Notes under the pieces: model-generated | What the model was told of the DNA's origin: nothing | What the model saw: only the letters and a program-made list of their open reading frames with translations | Database searches by the model: none | Part shown: in pieces, positions 9,992 through 19,051 of the stretch | Position numbering within the stretch: the stretch's first letter is position 1 | Layout: every line of letters begins with the position of its first letter | Assembly (NCBI GenBank): GCA_030583765.1 | Contig: CP129474.1 | Span: 201,709-265,708 of the forward strand | From: Minisyncoccota bacterium | Lineage (GTDB): Bacteria > Patescibacteriota > Minisyncoccia > 2-02-FULL-40-12 > GWA2-44-9 | DNA length: 64,000 nt | Direction of reading: 5' to 3' | Translations under genes and position numbers: made by a program

Positions 9992-10965
9992 GTCCAAAGA
10001 TTTCATTCATCATGGCGGGGAGAAACGACGACTACGGCGGCAATTTCCTCAACCGCATGCATACATCGTTGCGCACACTACTCTATCTTGCAGAAAAGCA
10101 CGCCGCCCCTATTGAAGTGGTAGTTATAGATTATAATCCACCTATTGAAGTGCCCACACTTCGCGAGGCGCTAGGTCTTTCTGGCAACGCTTGGTGCACG
10201 CTCCGATTTATCTCTATCCCCGCAGAATTTCATGCGCGCGTCAGTAATGGCGGAAAGAACCCATTTCCTGAATACATCGCCAAAAACATCGGCATCCGCC
10301 GAGCGCGAGGCGAATACGTTGCTTCTGTAAATCCAGATATTATTTTTTCGGAAGCGTTCTTTTTGAGCATTGTAAAAGGAGATCTTCACCCCACATCGTT
10401 CTACCGCGCCAATCGCCACGACCTTGGCATTCGTGCCATCGACCCAACCATCTCCGTCCCCGATGTACTCCGCCTGTGCGCACAAAATACCGTGCGTATA
10501 TGGACGAATAACGGCTCACCTTACGTATCATGGAAACGATGGTTTAAGCGATTCCGTAAAAGTCCAAAACCCTATAACCTTTTCTTTGCGCCGATATTTA
10601 ACTTCCTCCATGACTGGAAGGTTGCGAAGAACCCAAATCGCCTCCACGATGCAGCATCTGGCGATTTTATGATGATGCATGCAACAGGATGGGCAACAAC
10701 GCGCGGATTTGATCAAGTCCCATTTCTTTCGTATGTGGACGGATACCATCTCCACCTTGCGCATTGTCTCGGCCTCTCACAGGTTATTCTTAAAGACCCG
10801 ATCTATCACGTTGACCACCGCACCAGTAACGGCACCCGCCCGAGCCTTGATCTACAAACATACCTTGATACCACGCAAAAAATGCTCACGACTGGTATCC
10901 CGTACAAAGAGTACGATGCCAACTGGGGATTCCCTGACACAACATTCAGCGAAACTACTGCGTAG
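9988..10965 (+). CDS. Putative GT-A fold glycosyltransferase (GT2-like)
   Basis: The N-terminus ISFIMAGRNDDYGGNF ... IEVVVIDYNPP resembles the GT2 NDP-sugar binding region. There are no TM segments. Confidence 0.4.
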   Translation: MSPKISFIMAGRNDDYGGNFLNRMHTSLRTLLYLAEKHAAPIEVVVIDYNPPIEVPTLREALGLSGNAWCTLRFISIPAEFHARVSNGGKNPFPEYIAKNIGIRRARGEYVASVNPDIIFSEAFFLSIVKGDLHPTSFYRANRHDLGIRAIDPTISVPDVLRLCAQNTVRIWTNNGSPYVSWKRWFKRFRKSPKPYNLFFAPIFNFLHDWKVAKNPNRLHDAASGDFMMMHATGWATTRGFDQVPFLSYVDGYHLHLAHCLGLSQVILKDPIYHVDHRTSNGTRPSLDLQTYLDTTQKMLTTGIPYKEYDANWGFPDTTFSETTA

Positions 10966-11302
10966 AAGGCCCATCAACTGCAACGCCCCAATATAAAAAA
11001 CGGTGAGGGGCTTCAAGCACATCCTGAAAGTGCCTTGTTTTCGGTGGCACCGCCACCACATCACCGGGTCGCACTTCGTGTATCGCATCTCCCACAACAT
11101 AGCGAGCCACGCCCGCAAGGATATAGTAGACCTCCCACATGGTTTCGTGTGCATGAGCGTACTGTTCCGTTGACCCAACGTTGACGATCTCTCCGTGCGC
11201 AACTTGGGTGAGGTGTGGCACGTCTCCGTTTTTGAGAAAAACCTTCTTCAAGCCCCCATGTGCGGTCTCAATGACCGGTGATGCATCTCCTTTAATAAGC
11301 AT
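10955..11302 (-). CDS. Cupin-domain protein (cupin_2; possible sugar isomerase/epimerase accessory)
   Basis: Two-His cupin motifs HAHETMWEVYYILAGVARY and GDVVAVPPKTRH. I chose the start at MLIKGD (11302) because the longer ORF would overlap the upstream methyltransferase. Confidence 0.55.
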   Translation of the reverse strand: MLIKGDASPVIETAHGGLKKVFLKNGDVPHLTQVAHGEIVNVGSTEQYAHAHETMWEVYYILAGVARYVVGDAIHEVRPGDVVAVPPKTRHFQDVLEAPHRFLYWGVAVDGPSTQ

Positions 11303-12035
11303 GGTCCGTATTTTTAGGCACCACCACCATGAGTCCCGCCGCAAAAAGGGAGGGCCATAGCTTATATAGTACCGGGACTCCGACATAGCCGATAACTTGT
11401 GCGTGCTGATACCCAATCGCATCGAGCCACCATCGCATATCTCTCAGCGTCCAAAAACGAACGTGCTCTGATGGATGCGCGCGCCATTGGAGCGGAAAGC
11501 GTCCCAATAGAAGCCGTAGTCGATGTGCAAAAAATCCTGTGTTGGGGACTGAAAAGACAACTGCTTTGCGGGCGTGCGCCATGCCCCACTCAAGGAGCTT
11601 CTCGGCGTGGGGCATATGCTCTAAAACTTCGAAGAAGGTTACATAGTCGTGCATATCGATCGCAGGTAGCGCATCTGGATCGGCAATATTTCCTTTAATG
11701 ACATCAATTCCATTACGCCGCGCAGCCTCTAGTGCGCTTTCTGCGATATCAACGCCTCGTAGCTCTCCAGTCTTCCCGTGCTCTTTCAAAAAAGCAAGCA
11801 TTGCCCCAGTGCCACATCCAACATCAAGCACCGAGCTTGATTGGCCTATGACACCACATAAAAACAGTGCACGCGCTCTTTGAAATGCGTTCAAGCGCAC
11901 TACGCCACGGGACTGCCAATAAGCTGCATAGTCAACGCTATGCTCGTTGTAGCGTGGATACTTAAATAAGTCACGGATATAGTGTTTTGTTGTGTTAAGA
12001 AAACTCATAGCGTTATACGTAATTGCTTTGCCCAC
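11292..12035 (-). CDS. Class I SAM-dependent methyltransferase
   Basis: Motif I VLDVGCGTGAMLAFL. A Methyltransf_11/23-like core follows (GVDIAESALEAARRNG, FEVLEHM). Confidence 0.75.
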   Translation of the reverse strand: MGKAITYNAMSFLNTTKHYIRDLFKYPRYNEHSVDYAAYWQSRGVVRLNAFQRARALFLCGVIGQSSSVLDVGCGTGAMLAFLKEHGKTGELRGVDIAESALEAARRNGIDVIKGNIADPDALPAIDMHDYVTFFEVLEHMPHAEKLLEWGMAHARKAVVFSVPNTGFFAHRLRLLLGRFPLQWRAHPSEHVRFWTLRDMRWWLDAIGYQHAQVIGYVGVPVLYKLWPSLFAAGLMVVVPKNTDHAY

Positions 12036-13861
12036 ATTTGAAATGTGAAAATAGGGAAGAATGCTTTGATGCTATTTTGAGAATGCGCCGATCCTGATGC
12101 GGTGTATGTTCGCAAAAGCTCGAAGTTAAAGAGCGGGGCTGTTTCATTGTAGAAGTTTGGCTCGAGCACCTCGCGTACCATATCACCAAATTGCGAACGC
12201 ATCCAGAGCGCTACTGGCGCAGTCCAGCCTGATTTATGCTTCTCCGTGACATAGGTAGGGAGCATGTCGTGATACGCCTTACGAATAAGACCCTTGGTCC
12301 CCGGCGCTTGTAATTTCTCCTCGGAAGAGATACGAGACGCGTAGTTAGTGACACGTGCATCAAGAAATGGAAAGCGTGCCTCCATACCAAAATGCATACC
12401 GATTTTATCTGTCATTGTAAGAGAGTCTTCGGGAAGCCAGAAAAGTCGGTCAAAATCTGCAACCGCATTACCAAAATCATATGATGGGCTTTGCACACAT
12501 GGCATGCTGATATGTTCCAGATGGGAGAGCGCACTGCTCACTTTGAATGGAAATGTGAAAAGGTTAGCGTGCCGCTGTGTGAGGAGCCGACTCACATACC
12601 ACCAGCGCGTTAAAGGCTCATTGAGGCGCAATGGCAATCCAAACGGCGCCTTACCCTGATACGCTTCTCGTAGGGAAAGTGCCGCATTAAGCACCCATGT
12701 GGGATAGCGCTGATAGAGCTTCGACAGCGCTGCGGAGCGGTAATACTTGGGGTAGCCCATGTATTGCTCGTCTCCGCCATCGCCCGTCAAAATAACAGTG
12801 CATGTCTTACTCGCCTCTTGCGCGAGAAGATAGTACGCGGGACGAGAAGAGTGGTAGCGAGGCTCTTCGATCACATCGATGGCTTTCAATGTTGCGTCAG
12901 TGAATGCCCTTTCGGTAATTAAAAGCTCGTCATGTTCTGCGCCATACTCTCTGCTTAGTCGCTGAGCGATATCAGCATCTTCATTAAACCGCGGATCGTT
13001 CGTATCAAATCGCGTGGTGAACGTGCGCGGTTTTTGTATGCCATGAGCAACAAGCTCGTGGAGTACGATCGATGAATCAAGACCGCCGCTGAGATACATC
13101 CCGAAAGGACGCAACCCCATCGTGTGATCAATAATCGCCCCTCCTAGTGTTTCACGGAACTGCTCCACGTCAAACGCCGTACGTTCATGATCATTACTGA
13201 GATCTTCTTGCCATCCAGTCTCTAAAAACTTCCGGTCTCGCAGAGAGAACACTTTATATTCTCCCGGCATCACCTTATGAACATCTTTGAGTAATGTCGC
13301 CGATCCGGGGAGATATCCGATGCTAAAAAATGCCGAAAGCACTTCATGCCGTAACGCCCGAGGCATTCCAGGATCTTCTAGCAGTCCTCGCAGCTCTGAA
13401 GCAAACGTAAGCACCCCGTCGCGCTCAACATAATAGAGCGGCTTCATGCCGGCTCGATCACGGGCAATCATGAGCATTTCTGCATCTCTGTCATACCAGG
13501 CAAGCGCAAACATGCCATTGAGGCGATGGAGAAAACGATACCCCTCGCGCCGCAAACCCGCAAAAAGTACTTCTGTATCACCGCGCGTATGGAATACCTC
13601 TCCGAGACGTTCGAGCTCGCGCTTGAGATCAAGATAGTTGTAGATTTCGCCGTTATATACGAGCGCGTAGCGTTTATCATCTGAAATCCATGGCTGAGAA
13701 CCGACGCTAGGAGTTTCTGTGATGGCAAGGAGGTTGTGCCCGAGACTCACTGAACGATCCATAAAAACGTGTGCCCCGTCAGGGCCACGGTGACGCAGCG
13801 CGTGTGTCATGCGATCAATGCGCTCTCTATCGGGAAATGTAAAGCCGCTAATGCCACACAT
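12005..13861 (-). CDS. Asparagine synthase (glutamine-hydrolysing) family amidotransferase (AsnB/WbpS-like)
   Basis: Starts MCGISG (Cys2 nucleophile of Ntn amidotransferases). The central PP-loop motif is YLSGGLDSS. Confidence 0.85.
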   Translation of the reverse strand: MCGISGFTFPDRERIDRMTHALRHRGPDGAHVFMDRSVSLGHNLLAITETPSVGSQPWISDDKRYALVYNGEIYNYLDLKRELERLGEVFHTRGDTEVLFAGLRREGYRFLHRLNGMFALAWYDRDAEMLMIARDRAGMKPLYYVERDGVLTFASELRGLLEDPGMPRALRHEVLSAFFSIGYLPGSATLLKDVHKVMPGEYKVFSLRDRKFLETGWQEDLSNDHERTAFDVEQFRETLGGAIIDHTMGLRPFGMYLSGGLDSSIVLHELVAHGIQKPRTFTTRFDTNDPRFNEDADIAQRLSREYGAEHDELLITERAFTDATLKAIDVIEEPRYHSSRPAYYLLAQEASKTCTVILTGDGGDEQYMGYPKYYRSAALSKLYQRYPTWVLNAALSLREAYQGKAPFGLPLRLNEPLTRWWYVSRLLTQRHANLFTFPFKVSSALSHLEHISMPCVQSPSYDFGNAVADFDRLFWLPEDSLTMTDKIGMHFGMEARFPFLDARVTNYASRISSEEKLQAPGTKGLIRKAYHDMLPTYVTEKHKSGWTAPVALWMRSQFGDMVREVLEPNFYNETAPLFNFELLRTYTASGSAHSQNSIKAFFPIFTFQMWAKQLRITL

Positions 13862-14660
13862 GTCGTATAATTTTATCCAAAAAACTCTCACGATATGCTC
13901 GAATATCAAACAATGGGTCCCTCACTTCTCCTATCACGTTAAAAAGTAGGCGTGGGAATCGCGTTACTGACCGAGGCGAGACGCCATGAATCGCATGAGG
14001 GGTATTGAGAAAAAAGACAAACGTATTATGAGTATATGGGATTGAAGTAATTTTCTCTACGAATCGATTCGCGATTAGACGTGGGCCGTGGAATCGAGGC
14101 TGGCGTTTGGCGCGATATATCTCTAAATCACCTCCCTGTGAGTCGTCGCGAGGGTCGCGCAGATATAAAAGTCCTGCAAAAAGCTCGCGCTCGTTATCAA
14201 TGTGGGAAATTTTTACAGACGAAGCCCGGTCAACAACGGGAGTATTAATGGAAATTTGGGCATCCAGTAAAATATCGCGATCTGTAAACGTATCCTTGTT
14301 GCGCATGCCCACGCGCCATGAGTCAACGCCCCCTATGTGCCCTGAGATGTTTGGATACTGTGCTTGCATATGCTCCTTAAAGCGAGAAAGCACCTCCCCA
14401 AAAAATGATTGGGACACATGATAGCTCACCATGTCACGCCATTCGCGCGAAAGGGATGCATTATCTAATGCCTCTGCTGCCGTATAGCTAAATCTCTGAT
14501 TTGATACATAGGGCTCGCCACCCGTGATAGCACTAAGAGGTGGAAAGGAACGCAAGAGCGCATCACACAAATCCGGGTCCAACGCATTGGGAATAACAAC
14601 ATAAGGGAAGGGGGCCTTATGAATCTGCGCTGACGTAATGCGTCCAAGAAGAGAGTGCAT
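13848..14660 (-). CDS. Hypothetical protein, possible 2OG-Fe(II) oxygenase superfamily
   Basis: An HxD...H arrangement (SHIDNE ... PHAIHGV) and the PFPYVVIPNALDPDLC N-terminus are reminiscent of PhyH/2OG oxygenases. The support is weak. Confidence 0.3.
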   Translation of the reverse strand: MHSLLGRITSAQIHKAPFPYVVIPNALDPDLCDALLRSFPPLSAITGGEPYVSNQRFSYTAAEALDNASLSREWRDMVSYHVSQSFFGEVLSRFKEHMQAQYPNISGHIGGVDSWRVGMRNKDTFTDRDILLDAQISINTPVVDRASSVKISHIDNERELFAGLLYLRDPRDDSQGGDLEIYRAKRQPRFHGPRLIANRFVEKITSIPYTHNTFVFFLNTPHAIHGVSPRSVTRFPRLLFNVIGEVRDPLFDIRAYRESFLDKIIRHVWH

Positions 14661-14664
14661 GTGC

Positions 14665-16128
14665 CTATGTTACTGTTTCTAAAATCTGAGGCAAGGTACT
14701 ATGAAGGTCGTCCACTGAGCGCAGCACGGAGCTGCGGCGCGCCAATACATCCTGAGGTAATTCCGCCAAGGCTCGTACTGTCGGTACAATATCTGACACG
14801 CTCACCAGCTGTGCTAATTCTGCTTCGACCAGATCCTGTGCTTGAGTGCTTTGCATTTGCAGAACGCCAACAGGCTTTTGGGCCTCAACCATTTCATATA
14901 AGAAGGTGGAGTAACTGCCCAATACAACATTAATCGTGGCGAGCGTTGCAGGCGTAAGTTGTTGTACACATGCAAAACGGGGATGCTGTGTTATGGCATC
15001 CGAAAGGCCACGTAACTGATCTTCTGCCGACGCATCAGGCCTCACTTTGAAATAAATGTGCGCCGCTGGGTCTTGGAGTAGCGCCAGTATGTATGAAGAA
15101 ACTTCTTTTCTATCAGCTTGTGGCTCAAACGGGATGAGAATATGCAACTCAGCGCCGTTCGTAGTGCCTGGCATTGGTACATAGTGCGTTTTGTGCGGGC
15201 TCCCTCCAATAAGAATGCGCTCAGCGTGCAATGCGAATAATGGACTCAGGGACATTAGTTGCTCCCGCCAAAACTGATTCCATACTACATAGCGATCCGG
15301 CATTACGCACAGGCGCGCATCAATGCCTACATAGCGCCACCCCACGAGGTGTCGATTAAAACGGCCGTGCTGAAATACTAGAGATGGAATGTGCGCACCG
15401 CGCGCGGCAGCAATAACTTCGTGAAAGTTTCGAATATCATCAATACTTAATACACGAACCGTCCCCACCATACGGAATACACGCTCTAAGAATAGTATGC
15501 GATAAACAGAAAGTTGCGCTTTCTGTTTATACGTCTGAATAAGATATGCAACGAGTGGGGTTTCTGACGCATTGAAACGCTCCGCATCAATAGGAATGTG
15601 AGGGAATTGTACTAGATTTAGAAGTCTAAAACTTTTTAACAAACCGAAGAGTATATCGATTCCTTCGAGATATATCACTGGACGCCGCCGAGAAAAAAAT
15701 CTCCGAATAAGCCCGCCGTTCATGCGGCCATGGATAATTTCGAAAAAAGACTCACGCTGCTTATACAAAACCTCATACACCTTGTGTAAGCGTGGGTCAT
15801 TCTTAAAATCGCCTACAGCAATATCAACCGTATAGAGGGCGTTGCGAGGACGTCTCAGAACAAGCCATGCACATGAGAACAAAGAAATGCATAGGGCAGC
15901 ATATCTCAAAAGCCAATCTTTTAAGCCCATGGACGGTGGCGTGCACTGCTTCTGCGGAGACCACGAACGGATTTCAGACCAAAGATGCTGCTGAAAAAAC
16001 GACCAGAGTGAGTATGTGCGGAATACAAAAACGTCGGTTAACGAGCCGGAGCCGACGCGCATCGTATTAAGCCGCTCAAGTAAATTCAGATGTTCTGCAA
16101 AGGAAAGCATACCGAGTATAGAGAGCAT
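14665..16128 (-). CDS. Hypothetical protein, possible GT-B fold transferase (TagF/KpsS-like)
   Basis: 487 aa with no TM segments. The C-terminal half has a GT-B-like architecture (HILIPFEP..., VLGSYSTFLYEMVEAQKPVGVLQ). The family could not be resolved. Confidence 0.3.
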   Translation of the reverse strand: MLSILGMLSFAEHLNLLERLNTMRVGSGSLTDVFVFRTYSLWSFFQQHLWSEIRSWSPQKQCTPPSMGLKDWLLRYAALCISLFSCAWLVLRRPRNALYTVDIAVGDFKNDPRLHKVYEVLYKQRESFFEIIHGRMNGGLIRRFFSRRRPVIYLEGIDILFGLLKSFRLLNLVQFPHIPIDAERFNASETPLVAYLIQTYKQKAQLSVYRILFLERVFRMVGTVRVLSIDDIRNFHEVIAAARGAHIPSLVFQHGRFNRHLVGWRYVGIDARLCVMPDRYVVWNQFWREQLMSLSPLFALHAERILIGGSPHKTHYVPMPGTTNGAELHILIPFEPQADRKEVSSYILALLQDPAAHIYFKVRPDASAEDQLRGLSDAITQHPRFACVQQLTPATLATINVVLGSYSTFLYEMVEAQKPVGVLQMQSTQAQDLVEAELAQLVSVSDIVPTVRALAELPQDVLARRSSVLRSVDDLHSTLPQILETVT

Positions 16129-16137
16129 AGCATCCTA

Positions 16138-16166
16138 TTGACATCGATACAACTAGACATTCTAAT
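16138..16166 (+). promoter_or_regulatory. Candidate sigma70 promoter for the radical SAM gene, within the divergent intergenic region
   Basis: TTGACA (16138-16143), a 17-nt spacer, then TCTAAT (16161-16166), about 50 nt upstream of the AAAGGAAATG start at 16216. Confidence 0.4.
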
Positions 16167-16215
16167 AACGTTTGCTATAGTGCTAAAAGTTCTTCTCACA
16201 ACGAAACGAAAGGAA

Positions 16216-17187
16216 ATGTACGTGGAAAGGATCACCGATCGGATCGATGCCATAACCAAGATCCCTGAAGCATATCGGACCACGACCCCACCGCCCCCCA
16301 AGAGCGTCAAGATCGAGCTGACGGGGCGATGCAATTACCGGTGCGGTTTTTGCGCTCTTCGCACGCGCGAAGCGCAACCAACGCAAGACATGTCCTGGGA
16401 CTTCTACGCATGCATCGTCAGCGAGATGCGCAATGCTGGCGTTCAGGAGCTTGGCGTTTTCTTCCTGGGGGAACCCTTCATGAATCCCGATCTCCTCGTG
16501 CGCGCCATCAGGTACGCCAAAAAGGAGGTTGGGTTCCCCTACGTCTTTCTCACCACGAACGGTTCGCTTGCGCAACCTGAGTACGTTCAGGCGTGCATCG
16601 AAGCGGGACTCAACTCTCTCAAATGGAGCCTGAACAACGCCGATCCAGAGCAGTTTGCTCGGGTGACCGGTGCACGCCCCTCCCTGTGGAACCGCGCCCT
16701 CCACAACATGGAGCACGCGAAGGCCATTCGTGATCGTATTCACGCCAAAACGGGCCACCGTTGCATCTTGTCGGCATCCAGCATTCAGTACGACGGGGAC
16801 CAGCAAAAAAAGATGCAGGCGCTCGTCGACGACATTCTGCCCTTCATTGACCAGCACTACTGGCTCCCCCTCTACTCGATGGGAAGCCTCGCCGCACAGA
16901 GGGAGAAGGAGCTTGGATATCGCCCGATTGCTGGCAACCAGGGGCGCATCGGCGCACTCCGAGATCCGCTGCCTTGCTGGTCGGCTTTCACCGAAGGACA
17001 CATTACCTCCAGTGGCAATTTGTCGGCATGCTGCTTTGATGCCGATGAACGCTGGGCGATGGCAGACCTCAATACGGTTGGGTTCATGGAGGGTTGGCAC
17101 AGTGCAGCCTTCCAAAAACTCCGCGCCGCACACCTGCAAAAAGACGTGCGCGGCACGGTGTGCCAGTTGTGCGTTGCATACACGTAA
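16216..17187 (+). CDS. Radical SAM enzyme with C-terminal SPASM/twitch-like Cys cluster
   Basis: CxxxCxxC motif in IELTGRCNYRCGFCALR. C-terminal Cys set SACCFD...GTVCQLCVAY. Start chosen at the Met with SD AAAGGAA (the longer ORF would overlap the divergent upstream gene). Confidence 0.8.
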   Translation: MYVERITDRIDAITKIPEAYRTTTPPPPKSVKIELTGRCNYRCGFCALRTREAQPTQDMSWDFYACIVSEMRNAGVQELGVFFLGEPFMNPDLLVRAIRYAKKEVGFPYVFLTTNGSLAQPEYVQACIEAGLNSLKWSLNNADPEQFARVTGARPSLWNRALHNMEHAKAIRDRIHAKTGHRCILSASSIQYDGDQQKKMQALVDDILPFIDQHYWLPLYSMGSLAAQREKELGYRPIAGNQGRIGALRDPLPCWSAFTEGHITSSGNLSACCFDADERWAMADLNTVGFMEGWHSAAFQKLRAAHLQKDVRGTVCQLCVAYT

Positions 17188-17234
17188 AGCACTTCCGTTC
17201 TCGCGTGCCCCCAAGTCTCATTGGGGGCACATTT

Positions 17235-18221
17235 TTATATAAACCCTCGCGACACAATATGATGCATGTGAATAATCCCTACCGGTAGACCGTCTGTGGT
17301 GACGAAGAGGGAGGTAATTTTAAATTTCTCCATATCATAGAGAGCCTCTTTGAGCGTACTTTCCTTACTCGTTGTTTTTGGATTCAAGGTCATGATATCT
17401 TTCGCCTGTAAATCTTTTGAAAACGTTTTTTGAGCAAGGGCGCGGCGCAAATCACCGTCAGTAATAACGCCACGCAGTAGACCATCGCGGGAAATAACAC
17501 CTGTCACGCCAAGCCCCCTTTTCGTGATCTCCTTCACAACCTTTGGAACTGCTTCATCAAGGTACACTAGTGGTAGGCGCGTTTTTCCATGCATGCGAGC
17601 GCTCACACGTGTAAGCTCTAATCCTAATGAGCCGCCAGGATGTGTCCGCGCAAAATCGTTTTTCGTTGTGCACGCATATGTGCTCAGACCAACCGCAAGC
17701 ATGTGACCAATACCGAGCGAAGCAACCGCACTAGCCATCGGAGCTAGGTTGAAAGGAGACCCCTCGGTAGGCGCAGAAAAGCAAAGAGCCACCTGGCTCA
17801 TCTTTACAAGTGGCGACTCTGCGCGCCCAGTGATTGCAATAACCGGCACCTTTATCCGACGCACATACGCCAGCGCATGTATTAATTCCTTTGTTGCTCC
17901 ACTCTGAGAAAGAGCTATCAGAACATCCCCTTTTTGTACCATTCCAAAATCACCATGCATTGCCTCTCCGGGGTGGAGCGGGGTCGCTGGAAATCCCAGA
18001 CTCGTCAAAGATGCAGCAATTTTTTGGCTGATATGCCACGACTTCCCAATGCCGCACACAATAATTTTGCCCCTTCTTTGCCTCAGGAGATCGAGGGCGC
18101 GCGAAAGAAGGCGTGGCGAAATGAGGGAAAGGCTTGCGATTGCTTCTTGCTCAGAAGCAATGAGGTACCTTACAGCTCGCATGATCTCATGTATTCCTTT
18201 CATATATAACGAGAAATGCAC
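17235..18221 (-). CDS. kpsF: Arabinose-5-phosphate isomerase KpsF/GutQ family (SIS domain + tandem CBS)
   Basis: SIS motif KIIVCGIGKSWHISQKIAASL...ALSQSGATKEL. Two C-terminal CBS domains (VYLDEAVPKVVKEI..., IMTLNPKTTSKESTLKEALYDM). Confidence 0.85.
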   Translation of the reverse strand: MHFSLYMKGIHEIMRAVRYLIASEQEAIASLSLISPRLLSRALDLLRQRRGKIIVCGIGKSWHISQKIAASLTSLGFPATPLHPGEAMHGDFGMVQKGDVLIALSQSGATKELIHALAYVRRIKVPVIAITGRAESPLVKMSQVALCFSAPTEGSPFNLAPMASAVASLGIGHMLAVGLSTYACTTKNDFARTHPGGSLGLELTRVSARMHGKTRLPLVYLDEAVPKVVKEITKRGLGVTGVISRDGLLRGVITDGDLRRALAQKTFSKDLQAKDIMTLNPKTTSKESTLKEALYDMEKFKITSLFVTTDGLPVGIIHMHHIVSRGFI

Positions 18222-19051
18222 TCCCAGAGGTCTTGCCGCACATGGCCTCGTTCTATTTCATGCTGGATCTCTGTTCTCGAAATAGTATTGGCTTGCAACG
18301 CCCGCGCAACAAGCTTGAAAAAGTATGCCTCAATCTCCGGGTCAGGATGGCGTTGATATGTCATATGGTATTTCCCTAATACACGCAACAGCGGCTCACG
18401 AGGAATGATTCCAAAAATCTTCGGCAATGGACGCCGTTTAAAATCTACAGGTAAGCCAGTTTTCCATGGTTGCGTAATACGATTCGTCGTGTGGAGCATG
18501 CGAGCACCTGGTGATAACACATCAAGGCTATTCCAATCTCGGGAGAGCTCCAAAACAGACCCCTCGCGCGCCAACGTCATAATTTCATCATAATCACGCT
18601 CGTGACTATAGAGATCATGGAGGAGATCTTTTATGCGCCAGTGCGACAATTGAGCACAGTCGAGCAGCATAACACTAGAATCCCAAGCGCCCTTCTTAGC
18701 ACATGCTGCAATTGCTCGCCCCTGCATATCTAAAGAAAAAAGTTCTCCAATATCGCTCAGGGCAAATATGTCAGGGTCAATCACAATCGCCCGCCCCTGA
18801 AATCCCATGAGCTCTGGAGGCATAAATCGGCTTAACGTAAACGACTGTAAGTCCGCCTCCGATGCGTCAATCAATTGCCCCCACCGCTTAAATGTCTTCC
18901 CGTGTACATGGGCAAAAGGTGATAAAGAGTCAACGTTTAATATTTCAATATGAAATGCACGCGCATCCTTTGCGGTCATTGTTAATGCGAATGCCGCGAG
19001 ACGCGCTCCAAACAGTTGTTTATTATTTGCCTGAATAAAAACTGTGTTCAT
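18200..19051 (-). CDS. Hypothetical protein, possible GT-A-like nucleotide-sugar transferase
   Basis: A DPD (DxD-like) motif in AIVIDPDIFAL. No TM segments and no confident family. Confidence 0.3.
   Translation of the reverse strand: MNTVFIQANNKQLFGARLAAFALTMTAKDARAFHIEILNVDSLSPFAHVHGKTFKRWGQLIDASEADLQSFTLSRFMPPELMGFQGRAIVIDPDIFALSDIGELFSLDMQGRAIAACAKKGAWDSSVMLLDCAQLSHWRIKDLLHDLYSHERDYDEIMTLAREGSVLELSRDWNSLDVLSPGARMLHTTNRITQPWKTGLPVDFKRRPLPKIFGIIPREPLLRVLGKYHMTYQRHPDPEIEAYFFKLVARALQANTISRTEIQHEIERGHVRQDLWECISRYI

Noticed and set aside
16183-17214. 343-aa ORF antisense to the radical SAM gene
   Set aside because: It is Arg/Ala/Gly-rich with no motifs and fully embedded opposite a gene carrying a clear CxxxCxxC motif and SD. 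This is a typical GC-driven antisense open frame.
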